Of a DNA stretch of 64,000 nt, positions 37,308-47,032 are shown piece by piece. The first letter of the stretch is position 1. Each line of letters opens with the position of its first letter. The notes beneath the pieces are model-generated. The model worked only from the letters and a program-made list of their open reading frames with translations, was not told where the DNA came from and made no database searches. A program made the translations under genes and the position numbers. Source of the stretch: an uncultured delta proteobacterium (GTDB lineage Bacteria > Myxococcota > Myxococcia > Myxococcales > Anaeromyxobacteraceae); the NCBI GenBank assembly GCA_963828255.1, contig CAWHDZ010000007.1:160001-224000 (forward strand), given 5' to 3'.

Positions 37308-38233
37308 CGCTCTCCGAGAAGCTCGCCGCTGCGCGCGGTGCGGCCGCCGCCGGCCCGGTCGAGTCCCGCGGCATCCTCCGCCTCTCCGGAAAGGGCGGGC
37401 GCGACTTCCTGCACCGCATGTCCACCCAGCACCTATCCGCCCTGCCCGCGGACGGGAGCGCCTACGCGGCCTTCCTCGACGGCCGCGGCCACATCGTGGG
37501 GGAGGGGCTCGTGGTGGCCCGTCCCGACGACCTGCTCTTCGTCACCGAGGTCGAGGAGGTGGCCATCCTGCTGCCGCACCTCCGCAAGTACCTGCTCAAC
37601 GCCCCTGTGAAGATCGACGACGCGTCGCCCTCGCTGGGAGCGATGGCGGTCCTGGGGCCGAAGGGGATCGGGCTGGCCCGGGAAGCGGCGGCCGGAGCGC
37701 GTGGAGCAGCCGGCGACCTCACCGCCGCCGCGACGCCGCGACGGGGTGTTCCCGCCGTCGAGATGATCGGTCCAACCGATCGGCTGGCCGCGGTCCGGCT
37801 GACGCTGCTCGCCGCCGGCGCCGCCGACCTCGACTCCGCCGACCTGGAGGCGCTGCGCATCGAGGAGGGGGTGGCCCGCTTCGGGGCCGACATGGACGGG
37901 GAGCGGCTCCCCATGGAGGCCGCGCTCACCCGCGACGCCATCCACTTCCAGAAGGGCTGCTACCTGGGGCAGGAGGTGGTGCTGCGCGCCACCGTCCGCG
38001 GCCAGATCCAGAAGGGGCTGGTGCAGCTCGAGCTGCCCCCCGGCGCCGGGCCCGGGACCGTTCTCACCGCGGGTGACAAGGAGGCCGGCTGGGTGACCAG
38101 CGCCGCCGAGACCAGCCAGGGGCGCCTGGGACTGGGCTACCTGCGACGCGCCTTCTGGCGCGAGGGGGAGCGGCTCACCACCCCCGCGGGCGAGGCCATC
38201 GTCCGCAGGGTGGTGGTGCGCGAGCCGGAGTAG
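37304..38233 (+). CDS. ygfZ: YgfZ/GcvT folate-binding protein
   Basis: KGCYLGQE signature. Confidence 0.85.
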   Translation: MTLSEKLAAARGAAAAGPVESRGILRLSGKGGRDFLHRMSTQHLSALPADGSAYAAFLDGRGHIVGEGLVVARPDDLLFVTEVEEVAILLPHLRKYLLNAPVKIDDASPSLGAMAVLGPKGIGLAREAAAGARGAAGDLTAAATPRRGVPAVEMIGPTDRLAAVRLTLLAAGAADLDSADLEALRIEEGVARFGADMDGERLPMEAALTRDAIHFQKGCYLGQEVVLRATVRGQIQKGLVQLELPPGAGPGTVLTAGDKEAGWVTSAAETSQGRLGLGYLRRAFWREGERLTTPAGEAIVRRVVVREPE

Positions 38234-38266
38234 CGCTCCGGAGAGCACCCCCCCAGCCCGCGCCGG

Positions 38267-38761
38267 TCACTTCTTCTTCCCGATGGGGCAGGAGGCCACG
38301 GCCGTCGACGGGTCGATGGCGTCCCCTCCGGTGACGATCTCCTTCACCAGCCCGTCCTGGCCGATGACGTAGGTCGCCCGGTTGGCGTAGCCGAGCACCG
38401 GGATCTTCCCCGGGTACTGCGCGACGACCGTTCCCTTCTCGTCCGACAGGAGGATGAACGGCAGGCTGAACTCGGCCTTGAACTTCGCCAGCTTCTCCAC
38501 GGAGTCGGTGGAGATTCCCACCACCTCCGCGCCCTTCTTCTCGACCTCGGCATACCGGTCCCGGTACGCTTGATTTTCCTTGTTTCAACCAGGGGTGAAA
38601 GCCTTGGGGAAGAAGGCCAGGATCACCGGTCCCCGCTCGAGAAGCTTCGAGAGGATGACCGGCCTTCCATCGGTGCCGGGCAATGTGAAGTCCGGCGCCT
38701 TGTCCCCCACCTTGAGCGACGCCGACGCTCCGAGGAGCGCGGCCAGGATCGGGATTGTCAT
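38267..38761 (-). CDS. Selenocysteine-containing peroxiredoxin (BCP/PrxQ-like); in-frame TGA at 38587-38585
   Basis: [18 protein letters not shown] occupies the peroxidatic Cys position and the frame continues to GISTD and RATYVIG. Confidence 0.85.
38550..38569 (-). promoter_or_regulatory. SECIS-like hairpin GCGTACCG-GGAC-CGGTATGC
   Basis: 8-bp stem starting 15 nt after the UGA, G-led apical loop. Confidence 0.65.
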
Positions 38762-38850
38762 GAGAAGTCCGTTATCCGCGGATGGCGCGCTGCGCAACGA
38801 AAGCGGCCCGGAGTTGTGAGATGCCATCCACGTCTACGGGAGGAGTCCAT

Positions 38851-39885
38851 ATGAAGGCGATGGTGATGCGGGGCCACGGCGGGCCCGAGGTGCTGGAGAT
38901 GGCGGAGCTGCCCGACCCGGTGGCCGAGCCGGGACGGGTGGTGGTGCGCGTGCGGGCCGTGGCGCTCAACCACCTCGACATCTGGGTGCGCCAGGGCTGG
39001 CCGGGGCTCGAGCTCCCCATGCCCCACGTGCTCGGCTCGGACGTGGCGGGCATCGTGGAGTCGGTGGGGCCGGGCTGCGAGGCCAGCGGGATCGCCCCTG
39101 GCTTGGAGGTGGTGCTCAACCCCGGGCTCTCCTGCGGCCGCTGCGAGGAGTGCCTGGGTGGCCGGGACACCCTGTGCCGCAAGTACGCCATCCTGGGCGA
39201 GCACACCACGGGCGGCTACGCCGACCTGGTCTCGGTACCGACCGCCAACGTGCTCCCCAAGCCGCGCAACATGTCCTTCGAGCACGCGGCCTGCATCCCG
39301 CTGGTCTTCCTGACCGCCTGGCACGCGCTGGTGGGCCGGGCCCAGGTGAAGCCCGGGGAGACGGTGCTCATCCACGCGGCCGGCTCGGGCGTGGGGAGCG
39401 CCGCGGTGCAGATCGCCCGGCTCATCGGGGCCCGGGTGCTGGCCACCGCCGGGAGCAAGGACAAGTGCGAGAAGGCGCTGGCCCTCGGGGCCCACCACGC
39501 CATCGACTACGAGAAGACCGACTTCCTCCAGGAGGTGAGGACGCTGACCGGGCGGCGCGGGGTGGACGTGGTCTTCGAGCACACCGGAAAGGTCACCTGG
39601 GAGCGATCGCTCCTCTCGCTGGTGAACGGCGGCCGGCTCGTCACCGTGGGTGCAACGACCGGCTTCGACACCGCCACCGATCTCCGCCACGTCTTCTACC
39701 GGCAGCTCTCGGTCCTGGGCTCGACCATGGGCTCGAAGTCGGAGCTCTTCCAGGTGCTGCGATTCATCGAGGAGAAGCGGCTCAAGCCCGTGCTCGACCG
39801 GGTCATGAAGCTCTCCCAGGCGCGGGAGGCGCACGGGCTCCTGGCCCGGCGCGAGCAGTTCGGCAAGGTGGTGCTGGTGCCGTAG
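38851..39885 (+). CDS. Zinc-binding dehydrogenase (MDR family)
   Basis: CGRCEEC...C Zn site, AAGSGVG; AGGAG RBS. Confidence 0.85.
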   Translation: MKAMVMRGHGGPEVLEMAELPDPVAEPGRVVVRVRAVALNHLDIWVRQGWPGLELPMPHVLGSDVAGIVESVGPGCEASGIAPGLEVVLNPGLSCGRCEECLGGRDTLCRKYAILGEHTTGGYADLVSVPTANVLPKPRNMSFEHAACIPLVFLTAWHALVGRAQVKPGETVLIHAAGSGVGSAAVQIARLIGARVLATAGSKDKCEKALALGAHHAIDYEKTDFLQEVRTLTGRRGVDVVFEHTGKVTWERSLLSLVNGGRLVTVGATTGFDTATDLRHVFYRQLSVLGSTMGSKSELFQVLRFIEEKRLKPVLDRVMKLSQAREAHGLLARREQFGKVVLVP

Positions 39886-39893
39886 ACCGCCGC

Positions 39894-40820
39894 TCAGGCG
39901 TACCGCACGCCCGGCCGCATCTCGCGAAGCCGCTTCACGCGCTCCTCGACGGGCGGGTGGGTGGAGAGCAGGCTGGCGAACGCCCGCCCGTGGAGCGGAT
40001 TCACGATGTAGAGGTGGGCCGTGGCCGGGCCGGCGTGCTCCATGGGGCGGGCCGCGTTGGCGTTCTCGAGCGAGAGCAGCGCCTGGGCCAGCGGCTCGGG
40101 GTCGCCGACCATCTCGGCTCCGGAGGCGTCGGCGGCGTACTCGCGCGAGCGCGAGACGGCGAGCTGGATGAGCATGGCCATGAGGGGCGCCAGGATGGCC
40201 CAGGCCAGCGCGCCGAAGATGTTGGTGTCGCGCCCGTCGCCGTCGCGGGAGCCCAGGCTGCCGAACATGCCGGCCCACTGGATCATGTGGCCGAGGGAGC
40301 CCACCAGGCCCGCGATGCCGGCGGCCACCGTGGCGATGAGGATGTCGCGGTTCTTCACGTGGGCCAGCTCGTGCGCCAGCACCCCCTCGATCTGCCGGCG
40401 GTCGAGGATGCGCAGGATGCCCTCGGTGACGGCCACCGCGGCGTGCTCCGGGTTGCGTCCGGTGGCGAAGGCGTTCGGGGTCTCGGAGGGGATGAGGTAG
40501 ATGCGGGGCATGGGCATCCCCTGCTTCCGCGTGAGCCGCTCGACGATGTCGAAGACCTCGGGCAGTTCCTCGCGCGTCACCGGCTTCGCCCCGTTGGTCG
40601 CGAGCGCGATCCGGTCGGAGAACCAGTACATGACGAAGTTCATGACGAGCCCGATGGCGGCGAAGAGCACCATGCCCTGGGCGCCGCCGATCATGCTCCC
40701 GCCGATGCCCAGCAGGGCGATGAGCCCCGCCATGAGCACGAAGGTCTTGAGGTAGCCGCTCGAGCCGGAGACCTTGGGCACGGTGGTGCCGCGGGTCGGG
40801 GTGGGTTCGTTCCATGCCAT
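39894..40820 (-). CDS. htpX: Zinc metalloprotease HtpX (M48)
   Basis: PNAFATG, HELAH, SRSREYAAD, STHPP. Confidence 0.9.
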   Translation of the reverse strand: MAWNEPTPTRGTTVPKVSGSSGYLKTFVLMAGLIALLGIGGSMIGGAQGMVLFAAIGLVMNFVMYWFSDRIALATNGAKPVTREELPEVFDIVERLTRKQGMPMPRIYLIPSETPNAFATGRNPEHAAVAVTEGILRILDRRQIEGVLAHELAHVKNRDILIATVAAGIAGLVGSLGHMIQWAGMFGSLGSRDGDGRDTNIFGALAWAILAPLMAMLIQLAVSRSREYAADASGAEMVGDPEPLAQALLSLENANAARPMEHAGPATAHLYIVNPLHGRAFASLLSTHPPVEERVKRLREMRPGVRYA

Positions 40821-40960
40821 GGGGGGCAATTTAACCACGCCCCCCGACCCGTCAAACCCAATCGAGACCACCCGCCCGGGAATTCCCGAAGGGCGTCCGA
40901 GAGTTAGCGCCGAAGGCCGGTCCGTGGTACACGCGAATCCGGGCGATATCGGAGGCGGGT

Positions 40961-42985
40961 ATGGCGGCGAAGGCGTCCAGGGTGACGAAGGGGGCGAAGT
41001 CCGTGAGGCCCGCGAGGTCCGTGAACACGGACCGGGGCGGGAGGCAGCTCGAGCTGGTGCCGGTGGAGAGGCAGGCGGCGGAGGCGCCCGCGCGGCCGCC
41101 CGTCCCGTCTCCCGCTCCCGAGCCGGCCGAGGTAGAGGCGCCCGAGTCGCGCCGTCCCAAGCGCCGCGCCACGGCCGAGGAGATGGCCACCCGCCAGCGC
41201 GAGATCTCCATCTCCGAGTTCTTCACCAAGAACCGCCACCTGCTCGGATTCGACAACCCGTCCAAGGCGCTCCTCACCACCATCAAGGAGGCGGTCGACA
41301 ACTCGCTCGACGCCTGCGAGGAGGCGGGCATCCTCCCCGAGATCACCATCGGGGTCCGTGACCTGGGCTTCGAGGCCTCCGGCGAGCTCACCAAGGGTGA
41401 AGGGCGCTTCGTGGTGTCGGTGGAGGACAACGGGCCGGGCATCGTCAAGGCCCAGGCCCCCAAGATCTTCGGAAAGCTGCTCTACGGCTCCAAGTTCCAC
41501 CGGCTCAAGCAGTCGCGCGGGCAGCAGGGCATCGGCATCAGCGCCGCCGCCATGTACGGCCAGCTCACCACCGGCCAGCCCATCCGCGTGGTCTCCCGCA
41601 CCGGGAAGGGCAAGCCCACCCACAGCTTCGACATCCAGATCGACACCCGCAAGAACAGCCCGGTGGTGACCCGCGACGAGACCCTCGACGACTGGCACCA
41701 GGATCACGGCACCCGGGTGGATCTCGAGATCGTCGCCAACTGGCAGTCCGGCCAGAAGTTCGTGAACCGCTACGTCGAGCACACCTCGCTCGCCAACCCC
41801 CACTGCACGGTCCACTACCTGCGCCCCAAGCAGGCCCGGCTCTCCTTCCCGCGGGCCACTTCCGAGCTGCCCAAGGAGGCGCTGGAGATCCGTCCCCACC
41901 CGCACGGCGTCGAGCTGGGCGCCCTCATGACCATTGCGGGGGACTCGAAGAGCCACGACGTGAAGGGGTTCCTCCAGACCTCGTTCAGCCGGGTCTCGGC
42001 GCAGGTGGCAGGCGAGATCCTCCGGAACGCGGGCTTGCGCGAGCGCATGCGCCCGCGCGAGATCGCCGGGGACCGCGACCTGGCCGAGAAGCTCCACAAG
42101 GGCATCCAGGGGACGAAGATCATGGCCCCCCCGGTGAACTGCCTCTCCCCCATCGGCGACGCTCTGATGCGGCAGGGGCTGGTCTCCTTCCTCTCGGTGA
42201 TCGAGACCGAGGGTCCGGACGGCGAGGACGGGCAGCTCGACCTCGACCAGGCCGGGAAGACCAAGGGCAAGAAGGGCAAGGCCAGGCCCGCTCCCGCGCC
42301 CGCGCCCGATCCGGCCGAGGTCGAGGCCGAGGAGGGGGTCGAGAAGATCAAGGGGCACGACTACTTCATCGCCACCGTCACCCGCCCGCCCCGGGTCTAC
42401 CGCGGAAACCCCTTCCAGGTGGAGGTGGGGCTGGCCCACGGAGGGAGCTGGCCCGCCGACAGGCCGGTCGAGCTCTTCCGCTTCGCCAACCGCGTGCCGC
42501 TCCTCTTCCAGCGCGGCGCCTGCGGGATCACCGAGGCGGTGGTGAAGACCGACTGGCGGAACTACCTGCTCTCGCAGCCCAAGGGCTCCCTGCCGGTCGG
42601 CCCCATGGCGCTCCTCGTGCACATCGCCTCGGTGTGGGTGCCGTTCACCAGCGAGTCGAAGGAGGCGGTGGCCCCGTACCCGGAGATCATCCGGGAGATC
42701 CAGCTGGCCGCGCAGGAGTGCGGCCGCAAGCTGGCCGCCCACATCCGCAAGCGGCAGCACCTCGACTACCAGGCCCAGCGCCGCTCCATCTTCGAGCTCT
42801 ACATCCACGAGGTGGCGCAGGCCATCGGCAAGATCGTGGGCCGGAGCCCCGACCCCATCCGCCGCGAGTTCATGCGGGTGGCCGAGAAGGTGACCGAGGC
42901 CGACCTCGCGTCCCAGGACGCGAAGCTCGAGGAGGCGGCCGAGAAGACGGCGAGGCGCCCGCGGCGCTCAGAGGAGGACGAGTAG
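40961..42985 (+). CDS. top6B: DNA topoisomerase VI subunit B
   Basis: KEAVDNSLDACEE, DNGPG, SRGQQGIGIS, RFANRVPL. Confidence 0.95.
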   Translation: MAAKASRVTKGAKSVRPARSVNTDRGGRQLELVPVERQAAEAPARPPVPSPAPEPAEVEAPESRRPKRRATAEEMATRQREISISEFFTKNRHLLGFDNPSKALLTTIKEAVDNSLDACEEAGILPEITIGVRDLGFEASGELTKGEGRFVVSVEDNGPGIVKAQAPKIFGKLLYGSKFHRLKQSRGQQGIGISAAAMYGQLTTGQPIRVVSRTGKGKPTHSFDIQIDTRKNSPVVTRDETLDDWHQDHGTRVDLEIVANWQSGQKFVNRYVEHTSLANPHCTVHYLRPKQARLSFPRATSELPKEALEIRPHPHGVELGALMTIAGDSKSHDVKGFLQTSFSRVSAQVAGEILRNAGLRERMRPREIAGDRDLAEKLHKGIQGTKIMAPPVNCLSPIGDALMRQGLVSFLSVIETEGPDGEDGQLDLDQAGKTKGKKGKARPAPAPAPDPAEVEAEEGVEKIKGHDYFIATVTRPPRVYRGNPFQVEVGLAHGGSWPADRPVELFRFANRVPLLFQRGACGITEAVVKTDWRNYLLSQPKGSLPVGPMALLVHIASVWVPFTSESKEAVAPYPEIIREIQLAAQECGRKLAAHIRKRQHLDYQAQRRSIFELYIHEVAQAIGKIVGRSPDPIRREFMRVAEKVTEADLASQDAKLEEAAEKTARRPRRSEEDE

Positions 42986-42987
42986 CC

Positions 42988-44091
42988 ATGGCGCGCATGG
43001 ACGCGGTGTCGAAGAGGACGGTGGGAAAGATCGAGAAGCTGGCCGAGTCGGTGATCCGGGCCGTGAAGGGGGGCGGCAACCCCTTCGTCGAGATCCCGGT
43101 GCGCAGCCTGGCCAACGTGCGCTTCAACGAGAAGAAGCGGGTGGTGGAGCTGGGGAACCAGCGGCAGAAGCGCTACTTCTTCAACGTCTCGATGGCCAAG
43201 AAGTTCATGCAGACCTTCCTGGTCTCCGACGCCTGCAAGGAGCTCATCGAGTCCGGGAAGACCACCAGCATCCGCGACCTCTACTACATCACCAAGCACT
43301 CCATCGGCGACACCAGGCAGAACACCTTCGAGGAGCAGGACGAGTCCGACCCCATCATCGAGGACATCGAGGTGGCCCTCGACGCGCTGCGCGAGGAGCT
43401 TCACCTCTTCGCCTCCCGCAAGGGCACCATGGTGGGGCCCATCACCATCCGCGACTCGGGCGACACCATCGACCTGCGCCGCATGGGGTCGGGCGGCTGG
43501 GGCGTTCCCTCGATCGTCGAGGAGAACGTCATCCAGTTCGGCCGCCACGAGGCGAAGTACGTCCTGCTGGTGGAGAAGGACGCGGTCTGGAGCCGCTTCA
43601 ACGAGGACAAGTTCTGGAAGCGGCAGGACGCCGTCATCATCCACGGGGGAGGGCAGCCGCCCCGCGGGGTGCGCCGCCTGGTGCAGCGGCTCCACCGCGA
43701 GCTCGGACTCCCGGTGTACGTCCTGGTCGACAACGACCCCTGGGGCTTCTACATCTACTCGGTGGTGAAGCAGGGGTCGATCAACCTGGCCTTCGAGTCC
43801 ATGCGCATGGCGGTGCCCGACGCCCGCTTCATCGGGCTGTCGTCCTTCGACAAGGTCACCTACAAGCTCCCCTCCAACGTGGCCATCAAGATGGACGACG
43901 GCGACGTGGCCCGGGCCAGGCAGATGCTCGCCTACCCCTGGTTCCAGCAGAAGCAGTGGCAGCGCGAGATCCAGGAGATGGTGAAGTCGGGCGTGAAGTA
44001 CGAGCTCGAGGCCCTTTCGCGCCGCGGCATCTCCTTCATCACCGAGGAGTACCTGCCCACCAAGCTGAAGGAGAAGGACTGGATCACCTGA
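42988..44091 (+). CDS. top6A: DNA topoisomerase VI subunit A (Spo11-like)
   Basis: RDLYY catalytic Tyr, VEKDA, GQP, DNDPWG TOPRIM. Confidence 0.95.
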   Translation: MARMDAVSKRTVGKIEKLAESVIRAVKGGGNPFVEIPVRSLANVRFNEKKRVVELGNQRQKRYFFNVSMAKKFMQTFLVSDACKELIESGKTTSIRDLYYITKHSIGDTRQNTFEEQDESDPIIEDIEVALDALREELHLFASRKGTMVGPITIRDSGDTIDLRRMGSGGWGVPSIVEENVIQFGRHEAKYVLLVEKDAVWSRFNEDKFWKRQDAVIIHGGGQPPRGVRRLVQRLHRELGLPVYVLVDNDPWGFYIYSVVKQGSINLAFESMRMAVPDARFIGLSSFDKVTYKLPSNVAIKMDDGDVARARQMLAYPWFQQKQWQREIQEMVKSGVKYELEALSRRGISFITEEYLPTKLKEKDWIT

Positions 44092-44107
44092 GGACGAGCC
44101 GCCCGGG

Positions 44108-44135
44108 TTGACGTCCCGGCCGCGCCGAATAGACT
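44108..44135 (+). promoter_or_regulatory. Sigma70 promoter TTGACG-N16-TAGACT
   Basis: Near-consensus boxes before an AAGGAG RBS. Confidence 0.65.
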
Positions 44136-44157
44136 GCCGCCCCACAAAGGAGCAACG

Positions 44158-44289
44158 ATGGCGAATCTCCGCTCGAATCGATCGAAGAAGAAGGTGAAGA
44201 ACCGCAGCAAGGTGAAGCGCACGGCCGCCAAGCGCGCAGGCGTGCTTTCCAAGAAGCGCAAGCGCAGGGCCAAGAAGTCTCCCCGCTAG
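44158..44289 (+). CDS. 43-aa highly basic small protein (below ORF-track cutoff)
   Basis: MANLRSNRSKKKVKNRSKVKRTAAKRAGVLSKKRKRRAKKSPR; own promoter and RBS. Confidence 0.75.
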   Translation: MANLRSNRSKKKVKNRSKVKRTAAKRAGVLSKKRKRRAKKSPR

Positions 44290-44319
44290 GGGCTGGCCGT
44301 TCCCGGCCGCCGGGCGCGG

Positions 44320-45141
44320 TCAGCGCGCCTGGCGCGCCGGCGCCGGGTCGCCGAAGTAGGGCGCGCTCCGGTCCATCCAGCGATCGAGGTGGGATGCCTC
44401 GGCGGGCGACAGGCTGCGCCGCGCGATGGCCAGGAGGTCCTGCCGAACCGACGCGACGCTGGCGTCGTGGCCGTCGCGGGTGAGGGTGCCTTCCACAAGC
44501 CGGTAGCGCAGGAAGAGCAGCCAGGTCTGCACCACGTCGGTCATGCAGTAGGCGGCGATCCGGTCGAGGGCGCCCGCCGCATAGAGGGCGTGTACGTCGG
44601 GGCCCGCCACCTCGCCCTTTCCGGGCAACCCCACCAGCTTGGCGTAGAGGTCGAGCGGGGCCGCCGGCGAGGCCCGGCCGTTGGAGAGAAGCTCGATGAG
44701 GTCGAGGTGGTCCTCGGCCCCCTCGGCACGGGCTCCCTGGAACCAGCGCGGCGCCGCGACCCCCAGCTTGAGCGAGCGCATCTCCAGCACCGGCATGTCG
44801 AAGCCCCGGCCGTGGAAGGACACCAGGGTGCGGCCGGCGATGCGTTGCCAGGTGCGGCGCAGGAAGGCGGCCTCGTCTCCGGCGCGGTCGGTCCAGGTGC
44901 TGGCGTCCACCACGCGGATCACGCCGTCGCGCTCCTCGGCCTCGACGGTGCAGGCCACCACCGGGCGGTGGTAGGGAATGGGCAGGAAGTCGGTTCGGCC
45001 GCCGCTCCGGGAGCGCCGCTCGTCGAGCAGGCGGCGGAGCTTCTCGGGGTAGGGGCGCGCCGGCTCGCCATCGACGGCCGAGACGAGCTCCTCGTCGGGC
45101 ACGGTCTCGAGGTCGAGGGCGACGTATCTCCTTGGCGTCAC
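44320..45141 (-). CDS. PolB-like 3'-5' exonuclease (DEDD)
   Basis: ALDLETVPD, SFHGRGFDMPVL, YCMTDV. Confidence 0.85.
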   Translation of the reverse strand: MTPRRYVALDLETVPDEELVSAVDGEPARPYPEKLRRLLDERRSRSGGRTDFLPIPYHRPVVACTVEAEERDGVIRVVDASTWTDRAGDEAAFLRRTWQRIAGRTLVSFHGRGFDMPVLEMRSLKLGVAAPRWFQGARAEGAEDHLDLIELLSNGRASPAAPLDLYAKLVGLPGKGEVAGPDVHALYAAGALDRIAAYCMTDVVQTWLLFLRYRLVEGTLTRDGHDASVASVRQDLLAIARRSLSPAEASHLDRWMDRSAPYFGDPAPARQAR

Positions 45142-45262
45142 GGGCGGGAGACTACGGGGCGGGTCTGACACCCCACGGCGAGCCGCAGCGCGGCGAGCAA
45201 GCACCTCCGACGAGCACTCCCCCGTCACCGGACGTGCCCCACCGCCCGCACGTCGAGCCCAC

Positions 45263-45529
45263 CCGATGGTCAGCGCCGCGGACCATCGGTCATGTGGTTC
45301 GCTGCGCAGAAACGGGCTCGAAAGTTCTCGAAAGTGCTTGACACATTTCGCGACGATTTCACGTTCCGCGAACAGGTTGCGCGCGGAAGGGGCCTGCCGC
45401 CGCCGCATCTCGCCGTGCGGCGACGCGCGGCGTTCCGGGCGAGGTTCGAGATCTCCGCACGGAAAGGCGCGTGCCCGGGCTTCCTCGCGCGCTTGGCGAG
45501 GCCGAAATTTCCCGTGAGACAGTGGAGCC
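45263..45529 (+). ncRNA. Candidate structured RNA / element end upstream of HNH gene, copy B
   Basis: Homologous to 18860-19095. Confidence 0.45.
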
Positions 45530-46594
45530 ATGAACGACACGAACCTGGTCCAGGCCCGCGAATCCTCCCGCCACCTCGCCGACCTTCTCCGCCGCGAGCA
45601 CGTGGCCCTTGCAGAGTTCCTCGTCGCCCTCTCGGAGTTCGACCGGACGGGGGCGTACCGGAGGCTCGGCTTCGCGAATCTCTTCGACTACTTGCTCCAA
45701 GAGTTGAAGGTGTCCCGGGGAGCGGCCCACTACCGGAAGGTGGCGGCCCGCCTCGTCGCCCGGTTCCCCGAGGTCGTGGAACCGCTGCGGGACGGGCGGT
45801 TGTGTCTGACCAGCATCGTCCAACTGGCGAAGGTCATGACCGAGGCAAACCGGGCCGAGGTGCTGCCGAAGTTCTTCCACTGCTCGAAGCAGGAGGCGAA
45901 GCAGGTGGCGGTGGAAGTCATGCCGGCGGCGGTGGTGCCGAGGAGGACGGTCGTCACCGAGATCCCGCCCCCAGTGAAATCAATGAGTTGGCCAGTTCAT
46001 CCGGGTGAACTTTCGGCGACTGCGCCGGAGTGTGCGCCCGTACCAGCGCGGGAACCGGCGAGGACCGTCGTCGAGCCGCTCACCTCCACGATGAGCCGGC
46101 TCCACCTCACCGTGTCCAGGGTGTTCGTGGGGAAGCTCAGGAAGGCCAGGGCCGGCCAGTCGCACGTCCAGCCCGGCGCGGAGGACGAGCAGGTGCTGGA
46201 GGCGGCGCTCGACCTCTTGCTCGCCCAGCAGGAGAAGCGGCGGGCCTGCGTTCCGCCCAGGGTGAAGCGGGAGGTCCGCAAGCGGGATGAGGGCAAGTGC
46301 CAGTGGAAGCTCGATTCGGGTGGGGTCTGCGGGTCGGAGGTGAGGCTGGAGATCGACCACGTGGTGCCACGCGGGAAGGGAGGTCCCTCCACGGTGGAGA
46401 ACTGCAGGATCCTCTGCGACGTCGCACAACCTGGAAGCCGCGCGCCAGGTCTACGGCGACGCGCACATGGACCTGTTCACCCGGGGAGGGCCCCCGGGCG
46501 GCGCACCGCTGGCGAGGGAGGAGGTCGCGCCATACGGGGCGCGGCCACGACCGCCACGGCTCCCCGGGCTCCGGCCGCCGCCTCGTGCCCATGA
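45530..46594 (+). pseudogene. DUF222-like + HNH endonuclease, copy B, with +1 frameshift at ~46418-46424
   Basis: Paralog of copy A; 7 nt instead of 6 between TGC and CAC of the CxxHN motif, with homology resuming in the shifted frame. Confidence 0.75.
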
Positions 46595-46636
46595 GGGGTC
46601 TATCCGCGGACGGCGTCGCGGTGTCTTGAATGCCGG

Positions 46637-46996
46637 ATGGAACTCGTCCTCCGGCTTCTCGTCAACGCCGCCGCCCTCTGGGTGGCGGTGCGCATCGTCT
46701 CCGGCATCACCTACCAGGGAGGCTGGGCTGGCTTCCTGGGCGTGGCCCTCGTCTTCGCCCTGGTGAACGCCGTCGTGAAGCCTGTGCTCACCTTCTTCTC
46801 GATCCCGTTCATCCTGCTCACGCTGGGATTGTTCTTCTTCGTGGTGAACGCCCTCGCCCTCTGGATCACCTCGGGGCTCTCCGGGGCGCTCGGCCTCGGG
46901 TTCAAGGTGAACGGATTCGGGGCGGCCTTCCTCGGTGCGCTGGTGGTGAGCCTCGTGAACCTGGTCCTCTCCTGGTTCGCGGGGCGCCCGGGCTGA
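46637..46996 (+). CDS. YvlD/DUF360 'phage holin family' membrane protein
   Basis: VNAVVKP...PFILLTLGLFFFVVNA. Confidence 0.85.
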   Translation: MELVLRLLVNAAALWVAVRIVSGITYQGGWAGFLGVALVFALVNAVVKPVLTFFSIPFILLTLGLFFFVVNALALWITSGLSGALGLGFKVNGFGAAFLGALVVSLVNLVLSWFAGRPG

Positions 46997-47032
46997 AGGG
47001 TCCGCGGCCCGCCCGCCCGGCCGTTCGCCGCC

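Noticed and set aside
46637..46996. 'Phage holin' as evidence of a prophage
   Set aside because: YvlD-type proteins are common chromosomal genes; no phage genes nearby
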